Both the position numbers and the translations under genes were made by a program. From NCBI GenBank assembly GCA_001179505.1, contig CDMY01000243.1, positions 605,444 to 669,443 on the forward strand: DNA of 64,000 nt, given 5' to 3'. Below, piece by piece: positions 59,330 to 64,000 of the stretch. The DNA is from Vitrella brassicaformis CCMP3155 (taxonomy: Eukaryota > Protista > Chromerida). Position 1 is the stretch's first letter; each line of letters starts with the position of its first letter. Under the pieces are notes generated by a model. The model ran no database searches, was not told the DNA's origin, and was given only the letters and a program-made list of their open reading frames with translations.

Positions 59330-60690
59330 TTCGTGTGCGTGTCTGCGTGTGCGTGTGCACCCCATGTGCCGACCTGTTGAATTAAGGACTCTGTCTGTCT
59401 GCCGTGCCTGTTTCATGTTGACACGTGCCTGCGGCCTTCAAGTCTCTCTTCGTTTATGTGCGTCTGTCGGTGGTGCGTTGATGAAGGCAGCGGGCTGAGA
59501 GGTGACTCTCACGCCCGCGTGCCTTTGTCGACACATCACCACAAACCTGATGCCCCGGTGCCTCCGTGTGTGTGTGTGTGTGTGTCCTCTTTCCTTCTCT
59601 CCCCTTTCTCCCCATGTGTCCATCGAAGTGGTTTAAGATGCATGCAGCCCTGCTGTTTGTTGCCTCTATCGATTGGGAAGTTTTAATACGACGGGCGATT
59701 GACTTTATTGAGAGCAGGCCCGGCCGCCTCGTGCAAAGCACATGGCTGGCCCGGACTGAGGTCTTTTCTGTTTCTTTCGTCTGGCCGTGTGTGAAATAGG
59801 AAGCGAGAATCACAGCCAGCTTATCGACCACCCAGTCACTTCGTCTGTTCGTCTGTCTGCCTGTCTGTCTGTCTGTCTGTATTGCCCTCACCTCCCACCG
59901 CACACCCAAGCCCCTCTGACTGAACAGACAGACAGACAGACAGACAGCCAGACAGCCAAGGCAAGCCAGGTCGAGTTGAGCTAAGCCCCCTCTCTCCCTC
60001 CCTCCTCCCTTCTTACTACACAGATGATTTCACGTGCGTACCGTCTGCATGTATCCAGACGGTACGCACGTGAAATCATCTGTCTGTCTGTCTGTCTGCC
60101 TTGCCTGTTTTGTGTTGACACGTGCCTGCGGCCTTCAAGTCTCTCTTCGTTTATGCGCGTCTGTCGGTGGTGCGTTGATGAAGGAAGCGGGCTGAGAGGT
60201 GACTCTCACACTCGCGTGCCTTTGTCGACACATCACCACAAACCTGATGCCGCGGTGCCTCCGTGTGCCCATACGTGTGTGTTGGACATATATTCCAGGC
60301 CTATATGTCCAGTATGTTCATGTGTGTGGATGTGATGTGATGACAGTGAGGCGCTCCGTCAGCACGGCTGGCTGGATGCGATGGATTTCGTTGATACACG
60401 TATGGATGGGGTGCATGCAAAGCACGTCGTCCCCCTCCCCCTCTCTCCCTTCTATCTATCTACGCTGCCGTGTGTGTGTCTGTTCTGTCTCCTTCTCTCC
60501 CCTCTCTCTCCCTATGTGTCCATCGAAGTGGTTTAAGGTGTGCATGCAGCCCCGCTGTTTGAGGCCTTTATCGATTGAGAAGTTTTCATGTGACGGGCGA
60601 CTTTGTTGAGAGCAGGCCCGGCCCCCACGCGCAAAGCACATGGCTGGCCCGGACTGAGGTCTTTTCTGTTTCTTTCGTCTGGCCGTAATG
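59330..60690 (+). repeat. Diverged tandem duplication of non-coding DNA (~59400-59790 vs ~60110-60685)
   Basis: Shared blocks gttgacacgtgcctgcggccttcaagtctctcttcg...gtcgacacatcaccacaaacctgatg and ...gcaaagcacatggctggcccggactgaggtcttttctgtttctttcgtctggccgt. Confidence 0.85.
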
Positions 60691-61176
60691 CACGTCGTCC
60701 CCCCCCTCTCCCTCCTGTCTATCTACGCTGCCTTTGTCTTCTCAATGTACGTACTCCCTGTCTATGTGCCCCTTAAGGGATTGGTCGTGCGTCGGTGGTT
60801 GGGCATGTGCGTGAGAGCTGTGCTCCCCGCCCCACCAGCCATCCATCGACGCACCAACCAATCCACTTGCCTTTTATCCAGTCAGAATATCTTCAATAAG
60901 ACGATGGCCGACTGTGTTGTGCATGTGTCTGTCGGTGCAGCGATCCTCTTTGCGACTGACTGGATGGGTGCACACAGTTGTGTTCGCCCTCCTGGTCCGC
61001 AAGAGATGCGATGCACGACATGACACACGCACGCTCAGATGGCCGATACGTATCAAACGATCAAAGGGAGAGAGACCGTATCGATGGACCTACATGTAAT
61101 GCGATGTGAAAGCAGAGTTCTCTCAGTCAAGAGCAGCCACGCACTCCCTCATAAGAATGCATCATGATAAAATAAG

Positions 61177-64000
61177 TGGATGGCTGAGCACCTTGTCACT
61201 GAGGCGTGTCGACAGACACAAAGATAACACACAGACAGACACAGAGCCATATCGACTGGATATGTACACTGGCACAACACACATACACAGAGAGAGACCA
61301 CAGAGAGAGGGGGCACTCAGGGCAGTGCAACGCAGCACGCAAATCCATCACCCCAATCAGTACAGAAACACTATCGATGACTGTCTGTCTGTGCAGCAGG
61401 GCACCAGCCGACCTAACAAAACGAACGGACAGCGCACCAGAAATCTTACACGCCTTTGCCGCGCGGCGACGGCAACACGGCGGCCAGACGGCGGAGAGCA
61501 GACCTCTCAGTTCGCCGGTCATCGACATGCACACGACGGCCGCACACACGGCCTGCGGAGGCAACGGAGCACAGCGACGGCTGGCAAATGTGCCGCAACG
61601 GAGAGAAGCCGCAAAGAACAAACGGATGGATGGATGGATGGATGGATGCCAGCCAGAGTGAGTGCGTCTGCGTAGCGTAGCGAACACACCACAGCTCAGA
61701 TGGGGGGGATCAGTAGGCGGCGGACGAGGGCCGACGCAGCGATGCATGTGAGACGGAGCCAGGTGCTTACACACACACATTTAGCCAATTCAGCCACCCA
61801 CAAGAAAGAGCCGCCCGCCCTGCTGACTCACTCAGTGACGGAGGAAGGGAATAAACGGACAGAAACCGCCGCAACGGAACCAAAAGCCGGCGGGCCGTCT
61901 GTGTGTGTGTGGATGAGTGTACTGTAATGCCATGTGTGTGATGTGAAGACGTGTGTGTGCATCCAGCCAGTAACCGCTGTCTGTCTATCTGTCTGTCTGT
62001 CTGTCAGTCAGTGTGCAGCCGAGAGGTCAGGTCGACAAACAAACAGAGCCCTCAGTGGGCAGCAAGTAGTAGGCAGAGTGCACAGGTGGCTGGCTAAGTG
62101 TGTGTGTCGCATGGCCATCCTCCTGCACCTATCACACAGAGAGAGTAGTGGTGTGTATGTCCTTAGAAAAAGTCATCGCACGAGTCAGTCAGTCAGTCAT
62201 GGAATCAACCGCCCACCGCCCACCGCCCACTGAGCCGTCTATCTCTCCACGAACAAGACCGCCGCACGAACACACACGAGCCATCCAGCCCCCAACACAC
62301 TGACGCAACACGCAGCCCTCCAGCCATCCGCCCGCACCTCCCCGCCGGCCATGGCAGCTTATGCAGGGCCCTTGGGGTACTCCACACCCGCCCAACGCTC
62401 CACCAGCAACTCTAGCAGGTCCACCGCCCTCTTGGCCCTCTCCCTCGTCCGCCTCCCGACCTCCACCGCCATCACCAACTCGGCCACGATTATGGCGGCC
62501 GCCTGGGTGAGGGAGAGCGGCGGCCTCTCCTCCCGCATCTCCAGCAGTGTCTTGACGACGGCCTCGTTGTCGTGTGGGGCGGCGGCGGGGAAGGCGCGCT
62601 GGCGCCTCTCCTGGTCGATGCCGTACCAGGCATTGATGCCGTCGCGGATGACCGCCAGCCTCTCGCTGAGGAGGCGCTCCTCCCGGACGGTGCCCTTGGA
62701 GGAAATGCCGTTGAGGATGCTGTCCTCATGATCGCTCCTCTCGGTGGCCCAGACGGCCCGCCGCTGCCACGCCCGCCTCTTCACCGGATTGCTGTCCGGC
62801 TTCTTGGCCACCTCCTCGTCCACCGTGTCCCGCCACTGGCGCATGGCTGTGGCCCTGAAGGCGACCTCCGGCACCCCGTCCTTGACGTCGTTCGGCAGGA
62901 CCTCATGGCAGGCCAGCATGGCCAGTGCCGTGCCCGCCACAGTCCACAGGTCATCTGCCGGCTGCCAGCCCGGGTAGGCCCAGTATTTGTGGGCCCACTC
63001 GCCCACGGCTGTCGGGCTGCTGGGGACGCCGGTGGACGTGCGAGAGGGGTCGATGAAGGCGGGCGGCTCCTGGCTGAGCTGGTTGATGATGGCCGTCTCG
63101 TATGCCACCGCCTTCGTCTTGCCCTCGAACGTCACCAGGCTCCCTTTCTCGTGGCCGGCAGCGTCGATGAGTGTGGCCACGGGCACCACCATCTCGCGAC
63201 GGCCGCCGCCCACCGACGCGCTGACCTTGACAAACCCGACGAGGATGTTGTCATAGGTCGCGTCGGTGGCGACGTACGTCGAGCTGAGCGGCAGCGTCTC
63301 GGCCATGCTGACAGCGCTGGCAGTGGGGGACATCGTGGCGCGGGCCTTGGCCACCTCAAACACACTAACCTGAACAACACACACACAAACACACATACAT
63401 ACACACAATTCACCCATCCATCCGTCAGTCCCCCCATCTGTCTGTCATTCTGTCTGTCTGTCTGTTTCGTGTCTCACCTTATGCATAGCCATCGTTTTCA
63501 TGAGGAGGTCGATGACGCAAAACACGGCGCCCACCTGTCACTCCTCCTCACTCACACCCAGCTGCTGCACCATCGTCTCCCTGATGCGCCGGCCGTTGGC
63601 CATCGGTATCCCGGCAGTCTCTCTGGCGGCACTCGCGCCAGCTCCCAGCCGGTCGAGGACAGATGCCTCGCCCGGCGGGAAGCGCAGGACGCGCAGCGCC
63701 AAGAAGCTGCCGTATGGACGCAGACGGCCGTCGGTGGCGTTGTGAAGGTCGCGCACCACCACCACTTCCTCCTCCTCCCGCTGCACCTGCTGCTGTGGCA
63801 GCTCCTCCTCGCCGTCTCCACTGCAGATGAACAGGGAGTACGCCGGGCCCCCCAGCGTCAACAGCCCCTGGGCGCGCCGGTACTCGCCCCTGAAGGCCTC
63901 CATGATGGCCGGCTGGATGAAGGGGGGCACGACGCCCTTCTGTTGGGCCAGGGTGGCGGTGTCGGCAGGCGTGTCTGCGGGGGGGCTGCTCGCCTTGAGG
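61177..64000 (-). repeat. Right arm of large inverted repeat (partner 47968-50016)
   Basis: See left arm. Confidence 0.9.
62359..64000 (-). pseudogene. Kinase-like family copy G (intact C-lobe exon, premature TGA in N-lobe exon)
   Basis: Exon 63369-62359 is open (STYVATDATYDNILVGF, ATLIDAAG, AVAYETAI, ADDLWTVAG...WAGVEYPKGPA*). The N-lobe exon has GAG TGA CAG at 63538-63540 where copy F has GAG TGG GAG. Confidence 0.75.

Noticed and set aside
56100-61100. Many 60-270 aa Cys/Val/His/Thr-rich ORFs
   Set aside because: They are translations of (GT)n, (CTGT)n and (GGAT)n microsatellite-rich non-coding DNA.
63538-63540. UGA-to-Trp recoding, suggested by TGA aligned with TGG
   Set aside because: TGA is used as a normal terminator in nearby genes (e.g. 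1312-1314, 56095-56097), and a TAG-for-TGG change also occurs at 11424. These look like ordinary nonsense mutations.
1-64000. CRISPR arrays, rRNA and tRNA genes
   Set aside because: No regularly spaced repeat-spacer array or recognisable structural RNA was seen, and the sequence is intron-rich eukaryotic DNA.

Overview
Eukaryotic nuclear DNA, most likely from a chromerid alveolate of the Vitrella brassicaformis type. This is an inference from GC-rich exons, many short GT-AG introns full of (GT)n, (CTGT)n and (GGAT)n microsatellites, and a CCp/LAP-type ricin-discoidin gene remnant. There are five gaps of exactly 300 N. Apparently intact multi-exon genes are a membrane-anchored protein with a Gly/Tyr/Arg/Trp-rich tail (204-1314), a WDR89-like WD40 protein (2168-3689), an F-box-like/LRR-like lineage-specific protein (22304-24745), a GW/Gln/RG-rich protein (33715-37585) and an FKBP-type TPR protein (~38020-39650). 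The rest is a rearranged mosaic of pseudogenes and gene fragments (CCp/LAP, DEAH helicase, BTB, GMC oxidoreductase, coiled-coil) and of tandem and inverted segmental duplications. The dominant signal is about 8 full or partial copies of one unannotated gene family (7.8-19.3 kb, 43.8-48.5 kb, 62.4-64 kb). Its spliced product can be aligned by eye to the protein-kinase subdomains with unusual substitutions: VAIK->LALR, HRDLKPEN->ATDAT(Y/F)DN, DFG->DAAG, with the alphaC Glu and the DxW motif retained. It may be a new lineage-specific atypical kinase or pseudokinase family being amplified and shuffled. No rRNA, tRNA, CRISPR array or transposase was recognised. All annotations were made by eye without database searches.
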